Virus record (IMG/VR): IMGVR_UViG_3300050821_004356
Location: 32,001-96,000 of that record
Reading direction: 5' to 3' (one strand)
DNA length: 64,000 bases
DNA from: a virus
Within the stretch, counting starts at the first letter, position 1; each line of letters begins with the position of its first letter. Below the pieces are notes generated by a model, which searched no databases, had not been told where the DNA came from, and was given only the letters and a program-made list of their open reading frames with translations. The position numbers and the translations under genes are program-made. Positions 49,916 to 57,324 of this stretch are shown piece after piece.

Positions 49916-50341
49916 ATGAAAAAATGTGAGCACGGCAAGCGTCAACACTATTGTAGAGTTTGTGGCGACAAGTATCTCTGTGAGCACGGCAGGCTTCGTT
50001 CTCGATGTAAGCAGTGCGTCGGTTTTATAACGGTGGCAAAGGATATGCATCGTGGTGCTAAGTTCAGAGCTAAACGAGACAACCTTCCTTTTGACATTAC
50101 GGTTGAAGATATTTTGAAATTAATCGGTGATGGTGTATGCCCTGTTCTTGGTATTCGATACAACATCACATCGAGTAAGATTGTTGATGCATCCGCTAAT
50201 CTAGACAAGTTTATCCCGAGCAAGGGATATACAAGAGATAACTGTACGGTGCTGTCAAGGCTAGCAAACGGCATAAAATCAAACGCCACAGCAGAACAGA
50301 TTTATAAAGTAGCAGATTGGGTAAAACAAAAATCTAAATAA
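49916..50341 (+). CDS. HNH-like endonuclease with CEHG repeats (paralog of 29471-30040)
   Basis: shared LIGDGVCPVLG, GYT..NC.V.SRLAN.IKSNAT..QI.KVA.W. Confidence 0.8.
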   Translation: MKKCEHGKRQHYCRVCGDKYLCEHGRLRSRCKQCVGFITVAKDMHRGAKFRAKRDNLPFDITVEDILKLIGDGVCPVLGIRYNITSSKIVDASANLDKFIPSKGYTRDNCTVLSRLANGIKSNATAEQIYKVADWVKQKSK

Positions 50342-50378
50342 CATCGACAGCAGTGAGTGGTCGACGAAACGAGGGTAT

Positions 50379-50690
50379 ATGGACTTTGAGGTAACAGAAG
50401 TAAAGAAGCTAGGTAGTAAAGAACAGATGCCAAGTTTAAGCATAAGGCTAGAAAACGAATCGAACGGTCGTGTTTATACTATACACGCCGTCGTTCCATA
50501 CAGCATAGATTTCGGACCAGTTCAAATTGGTCAAGTGTTTAAGTTTGAACGTGTCGACGACGAGCCCGCGAACAACAACATTATTGACAACTGGAAGCCC
50601 GACAAGGCGGCACCCAAGTTAACCGAGTCAGAGCGCAGAGAGTTTTTAAAAGCTAACGGTGTCAACGTTAAGAAAGGAGAGCGTGTGTGA
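50379..50690 (+). CDS. hypothetical protein
   Basis: GAGG RBS. Confidence 0.6.
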   Translation: MDFEVTEVKKLGSKEQMPSLSIRLENESNGRVYTIHAVVPYSIDFGPVQIGQVFKFERVDDEPANNNIIDNWKPDKAAPKLTESERREFLKANGVNVKKGERV

Positions 50691-50972
50691 GGCTCCTCCT
50701 ATTCCTAGCAATCATTGTTCTCGGCTTCATCGCCATCGCAGTGTGGTGCTCTCTAACAGGAGAGCCCGATTAACCGGGGAGGTCCCCGTGGTACAAACTA
50801 TCAGGCCGTTGGAAGAGAGACTTAGAACCAACGTGTACAATGTTGAAGAGTTTCGAATGATCGTCGAGAAGATGGACCAAATACAATCTCAGGTTGAACC
50901 CGGTTGGCAAATAGTTTTAAATAACATGTTCATCAAAGACGCCGATATCCTAGTGAACGGAGAACCGAACTA

Positions 50973-51188
50973 ATGAGCAACAATATTTTCGCGTACACAG
51001 CATTGGGAAGTAACTACCCTGAGTATATATCAGTGAATACGGATGACGGGCAAAACGTCATGGTTACCGTGCGCGGCCCAGTACAGAACGGCAACTGTGG
51101 TCAGACGGTCTGTGTCCTGTTGTCACCTGAGCAAGTCGATAAATTTATAAGCGCGCTAATGATTTTCAAGTGTCAAGAACAGTCATGA
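50973..51188 (+). CDS. hypothetical protein
   Basis: TAATG coupling. Confidence 0.55.
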   Translation: MSNNIFAYTALGSNYPEYISVNTDDGQNVMVTVRGPVQNGNCGQTVCVLLSPEQVDKFISALMIFKCQEQS

Positions 51189-51364
51189 GCAAAAAGAATA
51201 TCGTTAGCCAAAAAGAAGTTGACGGAGGCAAGACGCACGTCACGTTCGAAGTTTCCGACGGCAGCCACATGACATATGAGTTCAGCAAGCGCCAGTCCGG
51301 ATATTTGAAACGTGGATCAGACCCCGCAAACTTATCGGGCAAGCTGGTGAAAGAAAAGAAATAG
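51170..51364 (+). CDS. hypothetical protein
   Basis: ATGA overlap at MSKK. Confidence 0.5.
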   Translation: MSRTVMSKKNIVSQKEVDGGKTHVTFEVSDGSHMTYEFSKRQSGYLKRGSDPANLSGKLVKEKK

Positions 51365-51449
51365 CGGGGTGTCCCGTGAAAAAGTTCCGCCTCCAAGTAA
51401 GAGGCTCGATGTACGAGATAGCAGTGAAGCCGCTGATTAGTATCTTTGG

Positions 51450-51776
51450 TTGGACCTTAGCGATTCTAAAGGCCAAGAGGATTTCATGAACGAAACACAC
51501 AATGGTAATCTCAACAGGTCCAAGGTCCCTGCGACCGGCGTTGAAGGTTTGAAGTCCACTGGTAAGAGTAATGGAACAGAGGCGACACTTAGGAAGGGCA
51601 ACCTCCCCAAGGCATCCGCAGTTACGACCGTTGACCGCGACGCTAACAAAGGCAAGGCAATCAAGGCCGCCCAGAAGCAGAACACAAGCGACGAGAAGTC
51701 CTGGCCTCACGGGCGCAATGTCATTCCACAGTCCGGAGATAACGCGGTTCTAACTCACGACCAAGGCGGCGAGTAA
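51450..51776 (+). CDS. hydrophilic hypothetical protein
   Basis: GAGG RBS before MNETH. Confidence 0.5.
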   Translation: MDLSDSKGQEDFMNETHNGNLNRSKVPATGVEGLKSTGKSNGTEATLRKGNLPKASAVTTVDRDANKGKAIKAAQKQNTSDEKSWPHGRNVIPQSGDNAVLTHDQGGE

Positions 51777-51779
51777 CAA

Positions 51780-51977
51780 ATGTGGATGGCTGTTAAACAG
51801 CGCATCATCGGTTCGCAGCAACCACCGGTGGATAATATTTTGAACATAGATACAATTGTACGCATCGGTCCAAACAGCCTTGGCTGTTACATTAAATTCC
51901 TAGACGGTTCGGAAATAAGTGTTGCCGACGGATTTCAAGAGATAGCAGCGGTACTTTTGCAGGCACAAGGAAAATGA
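51780..51977 (+). CDS. small FlbD-like protein
   Basis: LNIDTIVRI...IKFLDGSEISVADGFQEI pattern. Confidence 0.5.
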   Translation: MWMAVKQRIIGSQQPPVDNILNIDTIVRIGPNSLGCYIKFLDGSEISVADGFQEIAAVLLQAQGK

Positions 51978-51980
51978 TTC

Positions 51981-52184
51981 ATGGAGTACCACATCTCGGA
52001 TCAAAACCTGACAGTTGTCCACGGCGGCCATAAACAGAAAGACCTCGGGCATCAACGGACGTACCCAATTTTTATAGATGACGAGACGGGCGAAGAGCTA
52101 ATAAGTTTAAACGGCCAGGTACTTCAAAAGCTTTCTAATTTACAATTCGATACCAGCAGACGGGAAACCGTTAAGAGGGGATAA
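51981..52184 (+). CDS. hypothetical protein
   Basis: ORF in gene run. Confidence 0.5.
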   Translation: MEYHISDQNLTVVHGGHKQKDLGHQRTYPIFIDDETGEELISLNGQVLQKLSNLQFDTSRRETVKRG

Positions 52185-52365
52185 CAATGATCATCGCAAT
52201 CGCAGCATTAGTAGTATCGTTCGGCGCAGGTTTTGGCGTTGGTCGCGTGAAGAACGTAAGCAAGTTGAAAGCAGTTAGCGCCGAGATCGCAAAGGTCGAA
52301 GCATCAGCTAGTGCAGAAGTTTCTAAATTAATTGCAGCCATAAAAGCCAAGTTGTAAAATAAAGC

Positions 52366-52394
52366 TTGACAAGCATCCGGTACCATGCTAGGAT
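52366..52394 (+). promoter_or_regulatory. sigma70-type promoter
   Basis: TTGACA-17-TAGGAT with extended TG; ATG 7 nt downstream (leaderless). Confidence 0.7.
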
Positions 52395-52400
52395 GCTTTT

Positions 52401-52658
52401 ATGTGGCTGACATTTAAAGAGCGGATTATCGTGCCGACAAATGTAGAGCGCCTCAAAAAGGTTCTCCCAGAGAAGACGGTCGAAGCTCTTGTCGAGGCTG
52501 CTGAAAAGGTCCAAGACAAGTTCGACGCCGATCCCAGCTTGAAAGATTTGTACCCCGGGTATAGTTCGTTGCTGAACGAGATCGCGAAGAACGTAAAGAC
52601 TCCGGAAGCGGACGAAAAGAAGTTTGAAATAGTGCTTGACAAACGATCTAACCCGTAG
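52401..52658 (+). CDS. hypothetical protein
   Basis: follows promoter. Confidence 0.55.
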   Translation: MWLTFKERIIVPTNVERLKKVLPEKTVEALVEAAEKVQDKFDADPSLKDLYPGYSSLLNEIAKNVKTPEADEKKFEIVLDKRSNP

Positions 52659-52664
52659 TACGAT
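52636..52664 (+). promoter_or_regulatory. sigma70-type promoter at the head of the RNA island
   Basis: TTGACA-17-TACGAT. Confidence 0.75.
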
Positions 52665-53249
52665 AGCATCACGGTCGAGGACGATAGCAGAAAGCGACCA
52701 CGCAGAAGCGACAATGCCTCGGAGGGTGGCGACCATTACCGCCAAATTTTATGATCATATACATCTGTAAAGATAAATGCAACCACATCAGTGGTATCTT
52801 TACTACCGAAGAGGTAGCAAAGAAGCATGCTGAGAAAATAGGCAATAAAGTCGAACCTTGGGTTGTGTTTGAGACAGATGATCGTTTTAGGTATACAGAA
52901 GACGGCGGGATGTATATCGTTTAAAAGTTTAGCAACAAGAGTTAGGCGCGGCAAGCCGAGGATGCTCGGTTTGGGAGACATCCCTTAATGTCCCGCCTTT
53001 AAGTTCAAATCGTGGGCTCCTGTCCGGAGCGGACAAACACGAGGCGGTCAGGTGGTTCACCGAACACGTGACCCAACTGGGTTGTACTAGTGGGCTTATA
53101 GTGACGGGCTTTCTGACTTATGAAACGAACCAAAAGTTTTGAAGTAAAAGTTTGAGCAGAACAGCATGTCAGACGGGTCGGAGAAATCTGATTACGTTAT
53201 CAACGGCGTACACCTGAAATGGTGCCAGCACTCTGCTCATAAAAGTTTG

Positions 53250-53655
53250 TCCACGGTGAGTACTCGATTGCGTTCAGCCGGATCGAGAATCTGCGTTAAC
53301 TTCGGTTACGGGAACTCCCGACTGAGTGGGCAAAACGAGTCATGCAGGGTGAACTGAGCGCCCGATTGTGGCATACATAGTAGGGGAGAACGCCAGTATC
53401 TGTGCTCATGACGCGGCGGAATGCAACATCCGCAAAATATTATCCCTCGGGCACTGTGACCGTAAGGCACAGACGGAAGTACGATGGAGTCGCCCGATAT
53501 TATTACTTGCTGCTTGCCGGTGAGACGCTAAGGCTCTGCAGGGCCAAGCTGGTGAGTTTGCTAGCCGTGTCTTTGTTATTCCGATCCTATGGTCGGTATT
53601 GCATAGAACGCCAATTACGAGAAGGCGTTCGGTTCGAAACGTTCTCGTGGTTGAA
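53250..53655 (+). ncRNA. candidate large structured ncRNA (about 400 nt), family unassigned
   Basis: no credible ORF; terminal CCACG/CGTGG pairing and many internal hairpins; preceded by the AAAAGTTT spacer used in the tRNA array. Confidence 0.5.
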
Positions 53656-53680
53656 TACATTTTAGTAACACGGGGGAAGT

Positions 53681-54046
53681 ATGAACGTAGACGTAAACTA
53701 TGCACTGGCCGCACTTGTTTGCGGCTTCGCAGGCGGCGTTGATTCAGTTCTTACTTGCTACGGAATAACGGTCGCAGGTTTTGTGGAAGCGAATCCGTTG
53801 TATAAGATTCTCCCCACGAGTGTCAGTAACTTTATTTTGAAGAGCGCGTTCGGCGTGTTCTTGTGGGGTGGCTTTCGGGTAATCGGCACCGGAGTTATGG
53901 CTAAGGTTTTAGCTGATCACGGTTTCTATACGAACACCGGTTCCTTGTTCTTTTGGATTCCGGCGGCTGGCTTGGTAGCTTTGAACGTTCGCAACGGGTT
54001 GATGATCCTAAAGGCCAAGAAAGCGGTCGCAGCGGTTAAGAAGTAA
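53681..54046 (+). CDS. DUF5658-like membrane protein
   Basis: D..LT.YGI...GFVEANPL and three hydrophobic segments. Confidence 0.65.
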   Translation: MNVDVNYALAALVCGFAGGVDSVLTCYGITVAGFVEANPLYKILPTSVSNFILKSAFGVFLWGGFRVIGTGVMAKVLADHGFYTNTGSLFFWIPAAGLVALNVRNGLMILKAKKAVAAVKK

Positions 54047-54056
54047 AAGTTTCGAT

Positions 54057-54132
54057 GGTGTCCGTAGTGTAGTGGCTAGCACGCGGGCCTGTGAAGCCTT
54101 AAGGTTGGTTTCGAATACCAAGGGACACCCCA
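54057..54132 (+). tRNA. tRNA-His(GTG)
   Basis: cloverleaf, G-1:C73, CCA. Confidence 0.85.
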
Positions 54133-54151
54133 TATTTTTAAAGATAAGTGC

Positions 54152-54180
54152 TTGACAAAGTTTTAAGATCGCGATACAAT
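54152..54180 (+). promoter_or_regulatory. strong sigma70 promoter of the tRNA array
   Basis: TTGACA-17-TACAAT. Confidence 0.85.
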
Positions 54181-54192
54181 GTTTTTGTAAAT

Positions 54193-54271
54193 CGAGGAAT
54201 GGGGAAGTCTGGCCGTTCCCGCTGCTTTCGGAAAGCAGAGATCGTTGATTCGAATTCAACTTCCTCGACCA
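54193..54271 (+). tRNA. tRNA-Pro(CGG)
   Basis: CGAGGAA/TTCCTCG acceptor, loop TT CGG AA, CCA. Confidence 0.9.
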
Positions 54272-54273
54272 GT

Positions 54274-54347
54274 CGGGCGTTCTGATAGTGGTAGTCTCCG
54301 TGCTTTGGAAGCATGTGGCGTGTGTTCGATTCACACATGCCCGACCA
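54274..54347 (+). tRNA. tRNA-Pro(TGG)
   Basis: cloverleaf, CCA. Confidence 0.88.
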
Positions 54348-54540
54348 TTTTATTAAGTTTGGACCCAACATGTCTGATCATGACAGACGCTCGCGCGCTG
54401 GTAAGGGCACCGGGTCCAATTGCGATAACCTTAAAATTCTGACCGGTACGGTTTAGAAGCCGGTATCGCAACGAGCCTCGGCGTCGGCTCACTAAAATAT
54501 AGACGCCAGGATTTAAGTCCAGCACGGAGAAGCTATTGTG

Positions 54541-54647
54541 TTGGCGGATCAGACGGAAATGTGGGTTCGAATCCCACGGGCTATAACAGGTGAGTCAGCC
54601 GTGTATACGGCACCTGAGCCTTTAGTGCAATGGTAGCACGCCGTCAA
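54541..54647 (+). ncRNA. circularly permuted tRNA-like RNA (Y RNA/YrlA-like)
   Basis: order T arm (GTGGG TTCGAAT CCCAC), closed acceptor-like stem, D arm (GTGC AATGGTA GCAC); flanked by GACGG/CCGTC. Confidence 0.7.
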
Positions 54648-54656
54648 ATTTTCTAT

Positions 54657-54741
54657 TCCCGAGTGGCGGAATGCATACGTAACGCGTTTAGACCGCGTCG
54701 CTCGAAAGAGATTGTGGGTCCAAGTCCCACCTCGGGAACCA
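54657..54741 (+). tRNA. tRNA-Leu(TAG)
   Basis: long variable arm, CCA. Confidence 0.9.
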
Positions 54742-54748
54742 ATTTTGT

Positions 54749-54823
54749 GGCTCTCTCGTTCAATGGAGAGGACGTTCGGTTTCTACCCGAACAATGTCGG
54801 TTCGATTCCGACGGGGGCTTCCA
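54749..54823 (+). tRNA. tRNA-Arg(TCT)
   Basis: cloverleaf, CCA. Confidence 0.9.
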
Positions 54824-54829
54824 AGTTTT

Positions 54830-54905
54830 GGGTCTATCGTCCAAAGGGACAGGGCTCGGGTTTCCTAAACCCGCAATCACGGTTCGATCCCGTGTGGACC
54901 CTCCA
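54830..54905 (+). tRNA. tRNA-Arg(CCT)
   Basis: cloverleaf, CCA. Confidence 0.9.
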
Positions 54906-54911
54906 GTTTAT

Positions 54912-54987
54912 GGGCTTCTCGTCTAACAGGACAAGGCTCTGGTCTTCGAAACCAGCTATCGCGATTCGAGTTCGCGGAGGCCCTCCA
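54912..54987 (+). tRNA. tRNA-Arg(TCG)
   Basis: cloverleaf, CCA. Confidence 0.9.
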
Positions 54988-54992
54988 GCTTT

Positions 54993-55068
54993 GAACTTGT
55001 CATCTAACGGGACAAGGTGCAGCCCTGCGAAGGCTGATATCACGGTTCGAGTCCGTGCAGGTTCACCA
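54993..55068 (+). tRNA. tRNA-Arg(GCG)
   Basis: CAGCC CT GCG AA GGCTG, CCA. Confidence 0.88.
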
Positions 55069-55076
55069 TTTTTAAT

Positions 55077-55161
55077 CCGCTGCTGGCGAAACGGCAGACG
55101 CATCCGCCTCAAGAGCGGACGCCTAAACAGCGTGAAGGTTCGAATCCTTCGCGGCGGACCA
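55077..55161 (+). tRNA. tRNA-Leu(CAA)
   Basis: long variable arm, CCA. Confidence 0.9.
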
Positions 55162-55169
55162 AGTTCTGT

Positions 55170-55249
55170 GGGTGGTCCCGCGCACCGCGCGGCTCTGTGA
55201 TGAAGCTAGACTAGTCACAGGATGAGTGGTGAGATTCCACGACTTCCCA
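55170..55249 (+). ncRNA. non-canonical cloverleaf (tRNA mimic)
   Basis: four stems, T-like loop TGAGATT, 14-nt loop in the anticodon position. Confidence 0.5.
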
Positions 55250-55259
55250 GATTTTCAAT

Positions 55260-55349
55260 TGTCGGTTGCGAAGGTTCGTGGCAGAGTCTTATAAACTCTT
55301 CGGGCCAGATAAGCCTTGCCGGAAAGATCGTTACTTTCATCGACAACCA
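55260..55349 (+). tRNA. atypical tRNA with TAT anticodon (Ile-AUA reader?)
   Basis: TGTCGGT/ATCGACA acceptor, AGAGT CT TAT AA ACTCT, long variable region, T loop ATCGTTA, CCA. Confidence 0.7.
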
Positions 55350-55353
55350 ATTT

Positions 55354-55437
55354 GAGCGTGTGGCGGAAAGGCATACGCAGGGCACTTAAAATGCCCCGTC
55401 GAAAGACATGAGGGTCCGAATCCCTCGGCGCTCACCA
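55354..55437 (+). tRNA. tRNA-Leu(TAA)
   Basis: long variable arm, CCA. Confidence 0.9.
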
Positions 55438-55442
55438 AGTTT

Positions 55443-55516
55443 GCATGAATCGACAAGTGGTAAGTTAGCTGTTTGCAAAACAGCCATCAGTGGTTCGATT
55501 CCACTTTCATGCTCCA
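55443..55516 (+). tRNA. tRNA-Cys(GCA)
   Basis: U73, CCA. Confidence 0.92.
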
Positions 55517-55599
55517 AGTTTGGGCACCTGACACCTAACAGTGGCAGGGGAAAGTCCAAAACGTTTTCGCACGGTCAACGAAAGACGGTGCTACATTTT

Positions 55600-55877
55600 G
55601 GTAGCGTAGACGAACGCGGCGAGAAACCCGAGAGGGCTATAAGCCGAGGAAATTCAGGCCACATCTCAACATCGAACGGTGGAAGCTGCCGGACGCGTAA
55701 GCGTACAAGTAAGGCTCGATACCGAAAGGTCATTCAAGTCGAGTAACTCTTTTCGGGTGTAAGCGCAAATAGGCTCTGAGAACTTGTTGAGTTTGATGAA
55801 GAGCGGGTAGCGTGCTTCGCGAAAGCGACTAGAGAGGAATGTTCGTTCTAGACAGAAGCCTGATTATAGCGTCACCA
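55600..55877 (+). ncRNA. rnpB: compact RNase P RNA
   Basis: P2 GACGAACG/TGTTCGTT, P3 CGGC/GCCG, CR-I GAGGAAATTCAGGC pairing (P4) with CR-V ACAGAAGCCTGATTA, CR-IV CTAGAGGAATG. Confidence 0.82.
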
Positions 55878-55890
55878 AAATAATTTTCAA

Positions 55891-55966
55891 GTGTCTGTAG
55901 CTCATTCAGTAGAGCACTCGGCTCTTACCCGAGGGGTGGTTGGGGCAGAGCCAACCAGACGCACCA
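55891..55966 (+). tRNA. tRNA-Lys(CTT)
   Basis: cloverleaf with atypical T loop GGCAGAG, CCA. Confidence 0.85.
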
Positions 55967-55968
55967 AT

Positions 55969-56043
55969 GGAGTGCTAGTGTCAAAGTAGCACAGCGGCCT
56001 TTTAAGCCGACGAGTGTTGGTCCAAGTCCAACGCGCTCCACCA
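55969..56043 (+). tRNA. tRNA-Lys(TTT)
   Basis: cloverleaf, CCA. Confidence 0.85.
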
Positions 56044-56052
56044 ATTTTCTGT

Positions 56053-56128
56053 AGCCTGTTAGCAAACTGGCCGTATGCACCTCGCCTACACCGAGGCCGG
56101 AAGAGTTCGATTCTCTTACGGGCTACCA
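56053..56128 (+). tRNA. tRNA-Val(TAC)
   Basis: loop CC TAC AC, CCA. Confidence 0.88.
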
Positions 56129-56237
56129 ATTTTCGATTGCCCGGTTGCTTACGGCGACGGTGTAGATGAGTGTGTCGGAACCGAGAGGCCGTAAATACTC
56201 CACGGCGGCATTCACCGCAATCGAATTAATTTTCTGT

Positions 56238-56312
56238 GGCGATGTCATCTAGTGATTAGGATGCTTGCTTCTCAAGCAAGTCACGCGGGTTTGAATCCCG
56301 CCGACGCTACCA
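56238..56312 (+). tRNA. tRNA-Glu(CTC)
   Basis: cloverleaf with acceptor mismatches, CCA. Confidence 0.85.
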
Positions 56313-56321
56313 AGTTTCAGT

Positions 56322-56395
56322 GCCGCTATCTGCTATGGATAGGCAACGAGACTTTCAATCTCGTAGACAGGGTTTGAGTCCCTGTAGCGGTACCA
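56322..56395 (+). tRNA. tRNA-Glu(TTC)
   Basis: cloverleaf, CCA. Confidence 0.9.
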
Positions 56396-56405
56396 ATTTT
56401 ACAGT

Positions 56406-56481
56406 GGGCAGTTAGTGTTAAATGGGAGCACGTGTCGCTTGCACCGACAAAGTGAGGGTTCGAATCCGTCACAGTCCACCA
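56406..56481 (+). tRNA. tRNA-Ala(TGC)
   Basis: G3:U70, CCA. Confidence 0.9.
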
Positions 56482-56492
56482 ATTTTTCCTGT

Positions 56493-56568
56493 TGTCGCGG
56501 AGCACATGTGGACGGGCGCTCGCTCGATAAGCGAGAGGTAGGTGGTTCGAATCCACCGGCGACAACCA
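56493..56568 (+). tRNA. tRNA-Ile(GAT)
   Basis: loop TC GAT AA, CCA. Confidence 0.85.
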
Positions 56569-56584
56569 ATTTTTGCGGTGACAT

Positions 56585-56827
56585 ATGACGATAGCAGACG
56601 CAGCATCAGTTGCGGCACTAGCAGTCGATTTGATTGCCTTGTGGTTCCTGATTGGGATTTGGAAAGATGATCATGCGATGAGAGTCGCATCGGAAGAGTC
56701 TTTGAAGGCCCAGTTAGAGTATCTTGGATTGCGCCGTAAATGGTACGAAGGCCGCACCAAGAAAAAGGACGAAAAGAATGTCGCTCAGTCTAGACCAGAA
56801 GATGGCACTGACGCGAACAGTCTGTAA
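56585..56827 (+). CDS. small membrane protein inside the tRNA array
   Basis: N-terminal TM helix. Confidence 0.55.
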   Translation: MTIADAASVAALAVDLIALWFLIGIWKDDHAMRVASEESLKAQLEYLGLRRKWYEGRTKKKDEKNVAQSRPEDGTDANSL

Positions 56828-56891
56828 CATTCTTGGAGTCATCATCTCAATCATCTACGTTGTGTGGGTGATGAGTAAATAAATTTTCAAT

Positions 56892-56978
56892 TGTAGGGTC
56901 GACTAGCGGCCGATGTCGCGGGTCTCATAAGCCCGATGCGAAAGCACACCGTGGGTTCGAATCCCACCTCTGCAACCA
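56892..56978 (+). tRNA. tRNA-Met(CAT), initiator-like, with long variable arm
   Basis: CGGGT CT CAT AA GCCCG; TGC GAAA GCA variable hairpin; CCA. Confidence 0.85.
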
Positions 56979-56985
56979 ATTTTGA

Positions 56986-57060
56986 GCGAGGCTGATGTTA
57001 GTGGTAGCATGTCAGTCTTCCAAACTGAACGGACGAGTTCGAGTCTCGTGCTTCGCTCCA
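56986..57060 (+). tRNA. tRNA-Gly(TCC)
   Basis: GCG/CGC, U73, CCA. Confidence 0.92.
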
Positions 57061-57065
57061 ATTTT

Positions 57066-57139
57066 GCTTTGTTAGTTCAACGGTAGAACGCGTCCTTGGT
57101 AAGGATGAGGTAAAGGTTCAATTCCTTTACGAAGCTCCA
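57066..57139 (+). tRNA. tRNA-Thr(GGT)
   Basis: cloverleaf, CCA. Confidence 0.92.
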
Positions 57140-57146
57140 GTTTTGA

Positions 57147-57222
57147 GCACGGCTCATACAGCGGCCTAGTATGCGAAGCTTGTACCTTCGACACGTTGGT
57201 TCAAATCCAGCGCTGTGCTCCA
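57147..57222 (+). tRNA. tRNA-Thr(TGT)
   Basis: cloverleaf, CCA. Confidence 0.9.
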
Positions 57223-57324
57223 ATTTCTAGAACGTGGAACCGCGAGTCTGTGGAATGGCGGATAGTGCAGACCTGAATAATGCTCCGGTACTCCGGAGAC
57301 GCGAACGCCCCACGAGATTTATGA

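Noticed and set aside
54433-54652. Two-piece (permuted) tmRNA
   Set aside because: It has a true D stem, no G3:U70 acceptor or CCA, and no tag reading frame after the 5' acceptor strand.
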